From the NCBI RefSeq assembly GCF_020969955.1, contig NZ_JAHDSX010000009.1, positions 30,001-62,000 on the forward strand: DNA of 32,000 bases, in the 5' to 3' direction. The notes beneath the pieces were generated by a model. The model had not been told where the DNA came from, searched no databases, and was given only the letters and a program-made list of their open reading frames with translations. The stretch comes from Allobaculum fili. Lineage in GTDB: Bacteria; Bacillota_I; Bacilli_A; Erysipelotrichales; Erysipelotrichaceae. A program made the position numbers and the translations under genes. Positions 6,869 to 15,564 of the stretch are shown here, piece by piece. Every line of letters begins with the position of its first letter. Positions within the stretch are counted from its first letter, which is position 1.

Positions 6869-9274
6869 ATGATCAATATGACATTTTCCCAGGCTGCCTC
6901 GCTTTGCGGCGGCCGTTTATTCCATACAGACGGGACAGCTTCCTTCACCGGCGCCGCATCGGATTCGCGTGCCGTAAAGGAAGGCATGCTTTTTGTGCCG
7001 CTGATCGGCGCCCGCAGCGACGGCCACGCGTTTGCCAAAGACGTGAAAAAGGCCGGCGCAGCCGGAATGCTGTGGAAAAAAGGCCATCCTGGAAAGCCCG
7101 AAGATCTGCCGCTCATTGAGGTGGATGATGTCGTCGAAGCCTTTGGAAAAATTGCCCGCGGCTGGCTGATGGAAGTCGATCCGATGGTGGTCGGCGTAAC
7201 CGGAAGCAACGGAAAAACTTCGACCAAGGATTTCTGCGCCTCCCTTTTTGGAACGACGAAGAAAACATGGAAAACGCAGGGCAACCGCAATACGGAAATC
7301 GGTCTGCCGCTGACGATCTGTGAAATGCCGATCGATACGGAAGTGCTGATTCTGGAAATGGGCATGGAAAACAAAGGCGAAATCGCCTATTTGTGCACCA
7401 TCGCGCCGCTCGATATCGCAATTATCGCGTCCATTGGTTCGGCCCATATGGAAAATCTGGGCTCCATTGAAAACATCGCCGCGGCCAAATGCGAAATCCT
7501 GAGTTCGCTCAAACCGTTTGGTACGCTGGTCTATAACGCCGCTTCGCCTGAACTCGTTAAAGTCCTCGCTGATCAGCCGCTCGATCCGACCTGGCAGCTG
7601 GTCGCCTTTGGAGAGGGCACAGACTTTGCGCCTGAAAATCTGCAGATGACCCGGCACGGCTTTTCCTTTACGCTGCCAAGCCTTGGCAGCGATACCTATG
7701 TCGTTCGCTGTGCCAATCCGGTTCAGGCGGACAACGCGACAGCCGCCCTTCTGGCGGCAAGAGCCGGCGAGATTCGAAAGGATCTCTGGTCCAAGGCTAT
7801 TGAAGAAACTGAGCTGACGCCTATGCGCGGACAGATTCGTCCGTTCGGACAGGCTTCGCTCTTTGACGATACGTATAAATCCAACCCGGAATCCGCAAGA
7901 GCCGCGCTCGATGCGCTGATGCAGATTCCCGCCAAAGTCCACGTCGCCGTACTGAGCGACATGCTCGATCTGGGCAGTACGGAGCAGGAACTCCACCGCC
8001 AGATCGGCGAATACGCAAGCCAGCTGGGCGTGGACCGGCTTTACACCTGGGGTCCGCTTTCCAAAGCCGTACACGACGGCTTTGACGGATACAAGGTTCA
8101 TTTTGAAAACAAGATCGACATGATCCGGGCCGTTCGCAAACTGGATCAGCTTGATGCGGCCATTCTGGTCAAAGGCAGCCGAAGCATGCACATGGAAGAT
8201 GTAATTCAGGGCTGTCTGGAAGGAGAAAACATGAAAAAGATTCGTCTTGGCATTCTTTTTGGAGGACAGAGCAGTGAGTACTCCGTTTCTCTTCATTCCG
8301 CGGCTTCCTTTTTGCGCTCTCTGAATACAGAACGTTATGAAACGACGCTGATCGGCATTTCCCGCGACGGAAAGTTTTATCGCTACCTGGGCGACGCGTC
8401 CGCCATCGAACACGATGAATGGATGGCGCAGGCCCGTCCAATCGCCTGGGTAAACAAAGGCATTTATGACTTTGAGACGAAGGAGACGATCGATCTCGAT
8501 GTCTGCTTCCCGGTTCTCCACGGCAAAAATGGAGAAGACGGCGCCATCGCCGGCATGCTGCAGATGTTTGATCTGCCCTGCGTCGGCTGCGACATTCTGG
8601 GCGCTGCCATCTGCATGGACAAGGAAGTCATGCACCGCCTGTGCGATCAGGCCGGCATTCCGGCTGCAGAATACATCTGCATTAACGAACGCGATCCGCT
8701 GCCTTCCTTTGACGAAGTGCGTGCACAGATCGAACTGCCGTGGATCATTAAGCCGTGCAACGCCGGCAGCTCCTATGGCGTAGCGTTCGTGGAAAACGAA
8801 GACCAGTACGAAAAGGCAGTAAAAGACGCCTTCAAATACGACGGCCGCGGCAAGATTCTCGTGGAAAAAGCCATTCAGGGCTTTGAAATCGGCTGCGCGG
8901 TCATGGGCGATCAGACGCTGTTCGCCGGCGAGATCGATGAAATCGAAATGAAGAGCAAAGTCTTCGATTTCGAAGGCAAGTACGCTATGAAAGATTCCGC
9001 CATTTACTGCCCGGCCCGCATTTCGCACGAAAAAGCCGAACAGGCCAGAGAGCTTGCGAAAAAAGTGTTCCGTACCCTGTGCTGCCGCGATATGGCGCGC
9101 GTGGATATGTTTATTGAAGACACGGGCCGCATTCTGCTCAATGAAGTCAACACCATTCCTGGATTCACCGATACCAGCCGCTATCCGACCATGATGGCCA
9201 AAGCCGGACGTCCTTTCACTCAGCTGATCGATGAACTTGTCGATCTGGCGATGGTAAAGAAGCGCGAGGCATAA
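6869..9274 (+). CDS. murF-ddl: Fused UDP-MurNAc-tripeptide--D-alanyl-D-alanine ligase (MurF) / D-alanine--D-alanine ligase (Ddl) in one 801-codon ORF
   Basis: Residues 1 to ~450 are MurF-like: VGVTGSNGKTSTKD P-loop, NRNTEIGLPLT, DTYKSNPES and VKGSRSMHME. From residue 455 the sequence is Ddl-like: MKKIRLGILFGGQSSEYSVSL, ATP-grasp, FDFEGKY and NEVNTIPGFT. No stop codon lies between the halves. An internal GGAAGGAG sits 7 nt before the ATG at 8231. Confidence 0.9.
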   Translation: MINMTFSQAASLCGGRLFHTDGTASFTGAASDSRAVKEGMLFVPLIGARSDGHAFAKDVKKAGAAGMLWKKGHPGKPEDLPLIEVDDVVEAFGKIARGWLMEVDPMVVGVTGSNGKTSTKDFCASLFGTTKKTWKTQGNRNTEIGLPLTICEMPIDTEVLILEMGMENKGEIAYLCTIAPLDIAIIASIGSAHMENLGSIENIAAAKCEILSSLKPFGTLVYNAASPELVKVLADQPLDPTWQLVAFGEGTDFAPENLQMTRHGFSFTLPSLGSDTYVVRCANPVQADNATAALLAARAGEIRKDLWSKAIEETELTPMRGQIRPFGQASLFDDTYKSNPESARAALDALMQIPAKVHVAVLSDMLDLGSTEQELHRQIGEYASQLGVDRLYTWGPLSKAVHDGFDGYKVHFENKIDMIRAVRKLDQLDAAILVKGSRSMHMEDVIQGCLEGENMKKIRLGILFGGQSSEYSVSLHSAASFLRSLNTERYETTLIGISRDGKFYRYLGDASAIEHDEWMAQARPIAWVNKGIYDFETKETIDLDVCFPVLHGKNGEDGAIAGMLQMFDLPCVGCDILGAAICMDKEVMHRLCDQAGIPAAEYICINERDPLPSFDEVRAQIELPWIIKPCNAGSSYGVAFVENEDQYEKAVKDAFKYDGRGKILVEKAIQGFEIGCAVMGDQTLFAGEIDEIEMKSKVFDFEGKYAMKDSAIYCPARISHEKAEQARELAKKVFRTLCCRDMARVDMFIEDTGRILLNEVNTIPGFTDTSRYPTMMAKAGRPFTQLIDELVDLAMVKKREA

Positions 9275-9279
9275 GGGGC

Positions 9280-10590
9280 ATGAACGAATTCAACCAGACT
9301 CTGAATCCAAACGCGGAAACTGCCGCTGCCGATGTACAAGGAAATCCGGAAAACGAAACGCCGGCGTTTGAAGATGCGCGCGCGATCGCCTATGTGAACC
9401 ATTTTGACTCGCAGGCGTATACAGACATGATCGCGCCGCTGCGCACCTGGGCGGAAATCCGTCTCGATCAGATTGGTCATAACATGGAAGAAGTCCGCCG
9501 TCTGTGCGGCAAGACCGACATCATCGGCATTCTCAAAGCCGACGCCTATGGCCATGGCGCCGTTGCCTGCGGTAAGGCGCTCCAGCGAGCGGGCGTGGAG
9601 TTTTTCGCCGTCGCCTGCATTGACGAAGCCATTGAACTGCGCAAAGCCGGCATCAGCGATCCAATCCTGATTCTTGGCTATACGCCCAATTCCCGCTTTG
9701 ACGAACTGATCGAATACGATCTGATTCAGTCCGCGCTCTCCAAGGATTTCGCGCACGCGCTTTCCGACTACGGACAGGCGTACGGCACGAAAATGCGCGT
9801 ACACGTCAAAGCCGATACGGGCATGAACCGCACCGGCCTGCTTTACGAAGCCAATGCCCGGCACTTTAACGACTTCGTAGAAGTCTTTGAACTACCCGGT
9901 CTGCAGATTGAAGGCATTTTCTCGCATTTTCCCGTCAGCGATGATCTCGCCTTCGACAGCCGCGAGTTTACCCGTTCGCAGATGAAGCTGTTTGACGAAC
10001 TGATTTTCCGCCTGCAGGAAAAAGGGTACGATACCGGCGCCAGGCACATTCAGAACTCCTATGGCATTCTCAACTACATGGATGCCGGCTACGACTACTG
10101 CCGCCCGGGTCTGCTGTACATGGGCATAACCAGCGATGACGAAGTGCCGATCGCTTCGCAGCCGGACTTTGTTCCGATTCTTTCGCTGAAGACGAAAGTG
10201 TCCATGGTCAAGACGATCCCGGATCAGGCGACCGTTTCCTACGGCCGTCACTACACGGCGCACGGGCCGCGTCAGATCGCGTCGCTGGCCATCGGCTACG
10301 CGGACGGTCTGTCGAGAGCCTGTTCGAACAAGGGCCTGATGGTGTCCATTCGCGGGCATCTCGTTCCGATTGTCGGCAACATCTGCATGGACCAGTGCAT
10401 GGTCGATATCACCGGATTTGACGACATCGAAGCCGGCGATACAGCGGTACTGATCGGCCAGGACGGGGATAACGTGCTCAAGGTCGATGAAATCAGCCGC
10501 AAGGCCGGAACGATCAACAACGAAACGCTTTCCATTCTGACCCGCCGCGTCAATCGCATCTACTTCGACGAAGACGGAAACCTCGCGTAA
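9280..10590 (+). CDS. alr: Alanine racemase, PLP-dependent
   Basis: KADAYGHG PLP-lysine motif and overall Alr layout. There is a ~49-aa N-terminal extension relative to the usual start. An alternative start at ATG 9427 (MIAPLRTWAEI) would give a canonical-length protein. Confidence 0.9.
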   Translation: MNEFNQTLNPNAETAAADVQGNPENETPAFEDARAIAYVNHFDSQAYTDMIAPLRTWAEIRLDQIGHNMEEVRRLCGKTDIIGILKADAYGHGAVACGKALQRAGVEFFAVACIDEAIELRKAGISDPILILGYTPNSRFDELIEYDLIQSALSKDFAHALSDYGQAYGTKMRVHVKADTGMNRTGLLYEANARHFNDFVEVFELPGLQIEGIFSHFPVSDDLAFDSREFTRSQMKLFDELIFRLQEKGYDTGARHIQNSYGILNYMDAGYDYCRPGLLYMGITSDDEVPIASQPDFVPILSLKTKVSMVKTIPDQATVSYGRHYTAHGPRQIASLAIGYADGLSRACSNKGLMVSIRGHLVPIVGNICMDQCMVDITGFDDIEAGDTAVLIGQDGDNVLKVDEISRKAGTINNETLSILTRRVNRIYFDEDGNLA

Positions 10591-10714
10591 AAAGTTAAAA
10601 AGAATGGAATGGAATCCAGAAGACGGGATGGACCAGAACAAATGGAATCCAGCCTGAAGCGCAGATGGATTCCAGACTGCACGAAAGAATACTGTATTGA
10701 ATCCAGACAACAGA

Positions 10715-10762
10715 CCGCCGCTGCGGAAAACGATTCGGTTTCCCGCTTGCGGCGGCTTTTGT
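10715..10762 (+). terminator. Intrinsic terminator after alr
   Basis: CCGCCGC (10715-10721) pairs with GCGGCGG (10749-10755), and GCGG pairs with CCGC inside. A TTTT run follows at 10757-10760. Confidence 0.7.
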
Positions 10763-10941
10763 GCTTTGATTCGCTTTTCTGCTAAACTGTAAACGGTTTT
10801 GGCTTCTTTTTTGCCAGACTGAAAACTCTACGTGAAAAACGCGTCGCTTTTCGGACGCGATTACATCCCAATACACACCTATACAGCCGCAGCCTGCCGA
10901 TTTGACGCCAGGACTTCCGGCTTTGAAAGGAGAGGTCTGTC

Positions 10942-11967
10942 TTGAAATCAAAATGCGAATATCCGGCGATTGATATCGCAAAATATATTGGCGCTCTGCT
11001 GGTGGTCGCTATTCATACGTTCCCGTTTGCGGACATCTCAGAGTCTTTCAACCTGTTTTTTATCGCCACGATCTGCCGCCTGGCAGTCCCGATGTTTTTT
11101 GTCTGCAGCAGCTTTTTTCTCTTTCAGAAAATCGATCGTACCCCCGGTCATGAAGGGCAGAACCGTCAGGCGCTGATGCATACGCTCAAGCGTCTGGGCA
11201 TTCTCTATCTCATCTGGACGGTCATTTATTTGCCGTATACGATCTGGAACTACGCGTCCGTCGGCTTTTCCTTCTCGGCCCTGCTTGGCTGGATCCGAGA
11301 CTTCTTTTTAAACGGTTCCTATTATCATCTGTGGTTTTTGCCGGCGCTGATGCTTGGACTGGCCATTGTGTACTGGCTCTACACGCGCAAGGGCATGCGG
11401 GATACGCTCATGATCTGTCTGGCGCTCTATCTGTTTGGCTGGCTGGTCAACTGCTTTGGCCCCATGTGGGAAGGCCTGCCGGTTGTCTCGGTCATTTATG
11501 GATTTATCCTGAAGCTTCTCGGTACGGTACGCGATGGTATCTTCTTTGCGCCGATCTTTGTCCTGATCGGACTGGGCGCTTCGAAGCTGCGCCGCATGCG
11601 GCTGCAGGCGAGTGCGACAGGCTTTGCGATCTCGTTTGTATGCCTGATACTGGAAGTAACCCTCTATGCCTGGATGGGCGTTCTGACAGATAAAAGCTGC
11701 ATGTACCTGACGCTGGTACCGGCGATGTATTTTCTGATGCAGATGCTCATCGGCTATCGCCTTCCGTCCAAGCCGGTGTATAAGACGATGCGCAAGGAAG
11801 CGACCGGCATTTACGTCAGCCACATTCTGTTTGCCCGCATTCTTCTGCTGCTGATGCCCAATGTGCATCTGGCGGTTTACCTGGGCACGCTGGCCTGCTC
11901 GCAGGGTCTGGCGACGCTGATCGTAAGAGGACAGAAAAAGGCAGAGTGGCTGAAATGGCTGGTTTAA
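10942..11967 (+). CDS. Acyltransferase family 3 integral membrane protein (O-acyltransferase type)
   Basis: TTG start 6 nt after AGGAGAGG. The N-terminus IDIAKYIGALLVVAIHTFPF is typical of acyltransferase_3, and the protein has about 10 hydrophobic segments. Confidence 0.75.
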   Translation: MKSKCEYPAIDIAKYIGALLVVAIHTFPFADISESFNLFFIATICRLAVPMFFVCSSFFLFQKIDRTPGHEGQNRQALMHTLKRLGILYLIWTVIYLPYTIWNYASVGFSFSALLGWIRDFFLNGSYYHLWFLPALMLGLAIVYWLYTRKGMRDTLMICLALYLFGWLVNCFGPMWEGLPVVSVIYGFILKLLGTVRDGIFFAPIFVLIGLGASKLRRMRLQASATGFAISFVCLILEVTLYAWMGVLTDKSCMYLTLVPAMYFLMQMLIGYRLPSKPVYKTMRKEATGIYVSHILFARILLLLMPNVHLAVYLGTLACSQGLATLIVRGQKKAEWLKWLV

Positions 11968-11970
11968 ATT

Positions 11971-13668
11971 ATGATTAGAATTCATCAGGTAAAATGTGAG
12001 GATCCAAAAGAAATTGAATCCCGGCTTCTGAAAAAACTGAATATGCCAAAAAAGGATCTTTTGAGCTGGTCCGTACATCGCAAAAGCGTGGACGCCAGAG
12101 GACAGAGGGTCCTTTTTTCCTTTGTGATCGATGCCGAAGTGCGGCACGAAAAGAAATACCTCAAAAACCGCGATGTGACGATCGCACCCGACGAAACGTT
12201 CCGTTTTGAAGCGACGGGTACTGAGCCGCTGGCCGGACGGCCGGTCGTTGCGGGCTTTGGGCCGGCGGGTCTCTTCGCAGCGCTGCTTCTGGCGCAGTAC
12301 GGGTACAAGCCGATTATTATTGAACGCGGCGCGCCGATTGAAGAGCGGCAGAAGGATGTCGAACGCTTCTGGAAAGAAGGCGTTCTCGATCCGGAAAGCA
12401 ACGTGCAGTTTGGCATGGGCGGCGCCGGCGCCTTTTCCGACGGCAAGCTGACGACCCGCTCCAAGGATCTGCGCACGCGAAAAATCTTTGACGAACTCGT
12501 CCGCTTGGGCGCAAACAAAAATATCCTGTACGAGCAGCATCCTCATGTCGGTACCGACGGCTTTGTTTCGATTTTAAAAAACGCCCGGGCGGAAATTGAA
12601 TCGCTGGGCGGAACGTTCCTGTTCCATACCCGGCTGGCCGGCCTTGGCCTGGAAACATCGGGGCCGGATGGTCACGATAACCTGCAGTCCATTACCCTGA
12701 AGGGATCCGGTATTGAAAACGCCCGCGCAATTTTAAAGGAGAAGGGTCTGGAGAATCTGATTGTGTCTTCGGATTTGAACGACTCGAACGAAAAAGAGGA
12801 CTTCCTGCAGATTCGCTGCATGGCGCTGATTGCGGCGATCGGCCATTCGGCTGGCGATACGCTGCGGATGCTGGCGAAAAGCCATGTGCAGATGGAAAAC
12901 AAGCCGTTTGCGATCGGCGTGCGCATCGAACACGATCAGAAATTTATTGATCAGGCCATGCTGAAAGATCACGCGACGGATCCGCTGCTCATTCCGGCCC
13001 GCTATCAGGTAACCGCCAAAACTTCGACGGGAAAAGGCGTCTACAGCTTCTGCATGTGTCCGGGCGGCTACGTAATTGCGGCATCGAGCACGCCGGAAAC
13101 GGTTGTTGTCAACGGAATGAGCTATCATGATCGAGGCGGCAAAAATGCCAACGCGGCTCTTCTTGTACAAGTCGATGAAACCGACACCGGATCGGATCTG
13201 TTCGCCGGTCTCGACTATCAGGAACAGCTCGAAAAGGCGGCCTGGAAACTGTCGAACAGCTACCGGGCGCCGGTTCAGCTCGCTTCCGATTTTGTACAGG
13301 GAAACGTCTCGGACCATTTTGAAGGCGTGCTGCCCACGTATCCCTTAGGGACCGTGTTTACGGATTTTCAGACGCTGCTTCCGGCACCGATCGCTTCCTC
13401 TTTAAAAGAAGCGCTGCTGTCCTTTGAAGAAAAAATTCCGGGATTTCTGGACGGTGCACTGTTAACGGGTGTGGAAACCCGTTCAAGCAGTGCCATTCGC
13501 GTATTCCGGGATAAGGAAAGCCTGCTTTCAAGCGTATACGGTCTGTATCCCTGCGGGGAAGGCGCCGGCTATTCCGGCGGCATTATGACCTCCGCGCTCG
13601 ATGGTCTGCGCTGTGCCATGGCCCTGATGGAGCGTTTTGACAATTCTTCAAAATCCCCTATACAATGA
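11971..13668 (+). CDS. Uncharacterised FAD-dependent protein, COG2509 type
   Basis: N-terminal small domain with KSVDARG. Dinucleotide-binding motif VAGFGPAGLFAALLLA...IIIERG, plus GMGGAGAFSDGKL and a C-terminal CGEGAGYSGGIMTSALDG. Confidence 0.8.
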   Translation: MIRIHQVKCEDPKEIESRLLKKLNMPKKDLLSWSVHRKSVDARGQRVLFSFVIDAEVRHEKKYLKNRDVTIAPDETFRFEATGTEPLAGRPVVAGFGPAGLFAALLLAQYGYKPIIIERGAPIEERQKDVERFWKEGVLDPESNVQFGMGGAGAFSDGKLTTRSKDLRTRKIFDELVRLGANKNILYEQHPHVGTDGFVSILKNARAEIESLGGTFLFHTRLAGLGLETSGPDGHDNLQSITLKGSGIENARAILKEKGLENLIVSSDLNDSNEKEDFLQIRCMALIAAIGHSAGDTLRMLAKSHVQMENKPFAIGVRIEHDQKFIDQAMLKDHATDPLLIPARYQVTAKTSTGKGVYSFCMCPGGYVIAASSTPETVVVNGMSYHDRGGKNANAALLVQVDETDTGSDLFAGLDYQEQLEKAAWKLSNSYRAPVQLASDFVQGNVSDHFEGVLPTYPLGTVFTDFQTLLPAPIASSLKEALLSFEEKIPGFLDGALLTGVETRSSSAIRVFRDKESLLSSVYGLYPCGEGAGYSGGIMTSALDGLRCAMALMERFDNSSKSPIQ

Positions 13669-14210
13669 GAAAAACCATGACTTTGCTGCTGCCCGAACGA
13701 TCCATTCGACGCTATCTGGATCTGGATATCCGCCAGCTGAAAAAAGACGGAATCCGGATTTTGTTCGTCGACATCGACAATACAATTTCCGCATACGGCG
13801 ATACGAAAATTTCCAACGAAGCCGCGGCATTTCTGCGCCGCGTGCGCCACTCTGGCATTGAACCCGTGCTGCTGACCAACAACACGAAAAAGCACGTCGA
13901 AGACGTGCTGGGCGGCCGGCCCGCGGGCGAACTGCTGACGTTCTGCCTGAAACCGCTGCCCCATAAAGTGCATCGCTTTTTAAAAAAGCGGAGCGTCAGG
14001 GCCAGTCAGGCCGCCATTGTCGGCGATCAGCTGTATACCGATATGCTTTGCGGGCGAATTTCGGGCATGCATACCATTTTATGCGGCAGACTGTCCGAGA
14101 CGGAACGCAAGGATACTTCGATCATGCGGGCCCTCGAAAATGCTGCCTACACGTATTACGAAAAGAAACACAAAATAGATCGGAGGGACGGATATGTCCG
14201 AATACTGTAA
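13665..14210 (+). CDS. yqeG: YqeG-family HAD phosphatase
   Basis: HAD motifs FVDIDNT, LLTNN and GDQLYTD. ATGA overlap with the upstream gene. It holds the first position of the conserved yqe operon. Confidence 0.85.
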   Translation: MRKTMTLLLPERSIRRYLDLDIRQLKKDGIRILFVDIDNTISAYGDTKISNEAAAFLRRVRHSGIEPVLLTNNTKKHVEDVLGGRPAGELLTFCLKPLPHKVHRFLKKRSVRASQAAIVGDQLYTDMLCGRISGMHTILCGRLSETERKDTSIMRALENAAYTYYEKKHKIDRRDGYVRIL

Positions 14211-15276
14211 AGGGTGCGGCGTAAAGCTCCAGAATGAAGACCCCAAAGCCTTAGGCTATACGCCATCCCTGGACGCCGATTACTGCCAGCGCTGCTACCG
14301 CCTTCGCCACTACGGCGATGTGACGATTAACATGCAGCAGGGCATCGCGGCGGAAGAGACCCTGAAAAAAGTCAATGAACTCGACGGCATCGTATTCTGG
14401 ACCGTCGATCTGTTCAATCTCGAAAGCAATCTGATCAGCCGCCTCAACCAGCGGATTCCCGGCAAGCCCGTGGTCATGGTTCTGACCAAGCGGGACGTGC
14501 TGCCCGTTACGCTGAGCGACGAAAAGATTAAAAGCTACGTTTCGCGCCGCCTGAAAGAAGAAAACATTCAGGTGGAAGACATTCTGATTGCCGGCTACAT
14601 GACCAAAGGCTCAGAAAAAAGCGAAGAAATTCTCGAAACGATTTCCCAGACGGCCGACCGCCTGGGCGAAAAGAAAAACGTTATCTTCATGGGACTCGCC
14701 AACTCCGGCAAGTCCACTCTGGTCAACCGCCTGCTCCACAGCAGGGAACTGACCATTTCCCGCAACCCGGGAACCACCCTCGACGTGATTTCCCGTCCCT
14801 GGCGCGATCGAATTCTGTACGATACGCCGGGTCTGGAAAATCCAAAGTCGTATCTGGCGTGGCTGCCGGCGGACATGCTCAAAAGCGTGATCCCCGTCAA
14901 GCCGATCAAGCCCTACATCTGCCAGATTTTTGAAGATCAGTCCTTTGCAGCCGGCGGACTGGCGCGCATGGACGTGGTCTGCTCGAAAAAGGCCAGCATT
15001 GTCGGCTACTTCTCCCCGGGCGTGCCTATTCACCGCGGCAAGAAAAGCGATGCCGACCGTCTGTGGAACGAGCATCTGATGGAGATGCTTTCGCCGGCCA
15101 TCGATCACTCGATGGAAACGATGCAGGCATGGCATGCGCCAAAGCTCAAACCCGGTCAGAAAATGGATGTAGTCATCCAGGGACTGGGATGGTTCTGCGT
15201 ATCGGGGGACATTTCCTCGATCACGGTTTACGCCCACAAGGGCATTCAGATTACATTTCGAAAGGCGATGATTTAA
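14194..15276 (+). CDS. yqeH: Ribosome biogenesis GTPase YqeH (circularly permuted)
   Basis: N-terminal zinc ribbon CKGCG...CQRC. The G motifs are in permuted order: TKRD (G4), GLANSGKST (G1), DTPG (G3). GGAGGG SD upstream. Confidence 0.92.
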   Translation: MSEYCKGCGVKLQNEDPKALGYTPSLDADYCQRCYRLRHYGDVTINMQQGIAAEETLKKVNELDGIVFWTVDLFNLESNLISRLNQRIPGKPVVMVLTKRDVLPVTLSDEKIKSYVSRRLKEENIQVEDILIAGYMTKGSEKSEEILETISQTADRLGEKKNVIFMGLANSGKSTLVNRLLHSRELTISRNPGTTLDVISRPWRDRILYDTPGLENPKSYLAWLPADMLKSVIPVKPIKPYICQIFEDQSFAAGGLARMDVVCSKKASIVGYFSPGVPIHRGKKSDADRLWNEHLMEMLSPAIDHSMETMQAWHAPKLKPGQKMDVVIQGLGWFCVSGDISSITVYAHKGIQITFRKAMI

Positions 15277-15564
15277 ATGTTAAGCGCACAGAACAAAAAG
15301 AAACTCAGAACGCTGGCGATGAATCTCCCCAGCATGATCCAGATTGGAAAAGGAAACCTTTCAGAAGCGCTCTTTGAAAGCCTTTCTAACGATCTGGAAG
15401 CCCACGAACTCGTCAAGGTGACGATGCAGAAGACGGCCGCGATTTCGGTCCGCGAGGCGGCGATTGAATGCGCCAGCCAGACCGGAAGCGATATCGTACA
15501 GATTATCGGCCGCACCTTTACGCTTTACCGCAGAAATCCGGATAAGAAGACGGGGATTCTCTGA
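15277..15564 (+). CDS. yhbY: YhbY/CRM-domain RNA-binding protein
   Basis: 95 aa with LRTLA...IQIGKGNLSE...LEAHELVKV, typical of the YhbY family. Its operon position lies between yqeH and nadD. Confidence 0.88.
   Translation: MLSAQNKKKLRTLAMNLPSMIQIGKGNLSEALFESLSNDLEAHELVKVTMQKTAAISVREAAIECASQTGSDIVQIIGRTFTLYRRNPDKKTGIL

Noticed and set aside
6917-9028. A 703-aa ORF antisense to murF-ddl, plus similar long antisense or shadow ORFs at 11308-12546, 15693-16742, 9892-10710, 20487-21311, 23689-24417, 25923-26951 and 29665-30960
   Set aside because: Each lies entirely opposite a CDS with strong, recognisable family motifs. Their translations are Arg/Gly/Ala/Phe-rich with no motifs and no SD. Long stop-free antisense frames are expected in GC-rich coding DNA.
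8231-9274. The Ddl half as a vancomycin-resistance (Van-type) ligase, because of VanA/VanG-like strings (EIGCAVMG, NEVNTIPGFTDTSRYPTMM)
   Set aside because: The omega-loop region reads FDFEGKYAM and keeps the Tyr typical of D-Ala-D-Ala ligases. There are no vanH, vanX, vanT or vanRS genes nearby. The context (murF, alr) is housekeeping.
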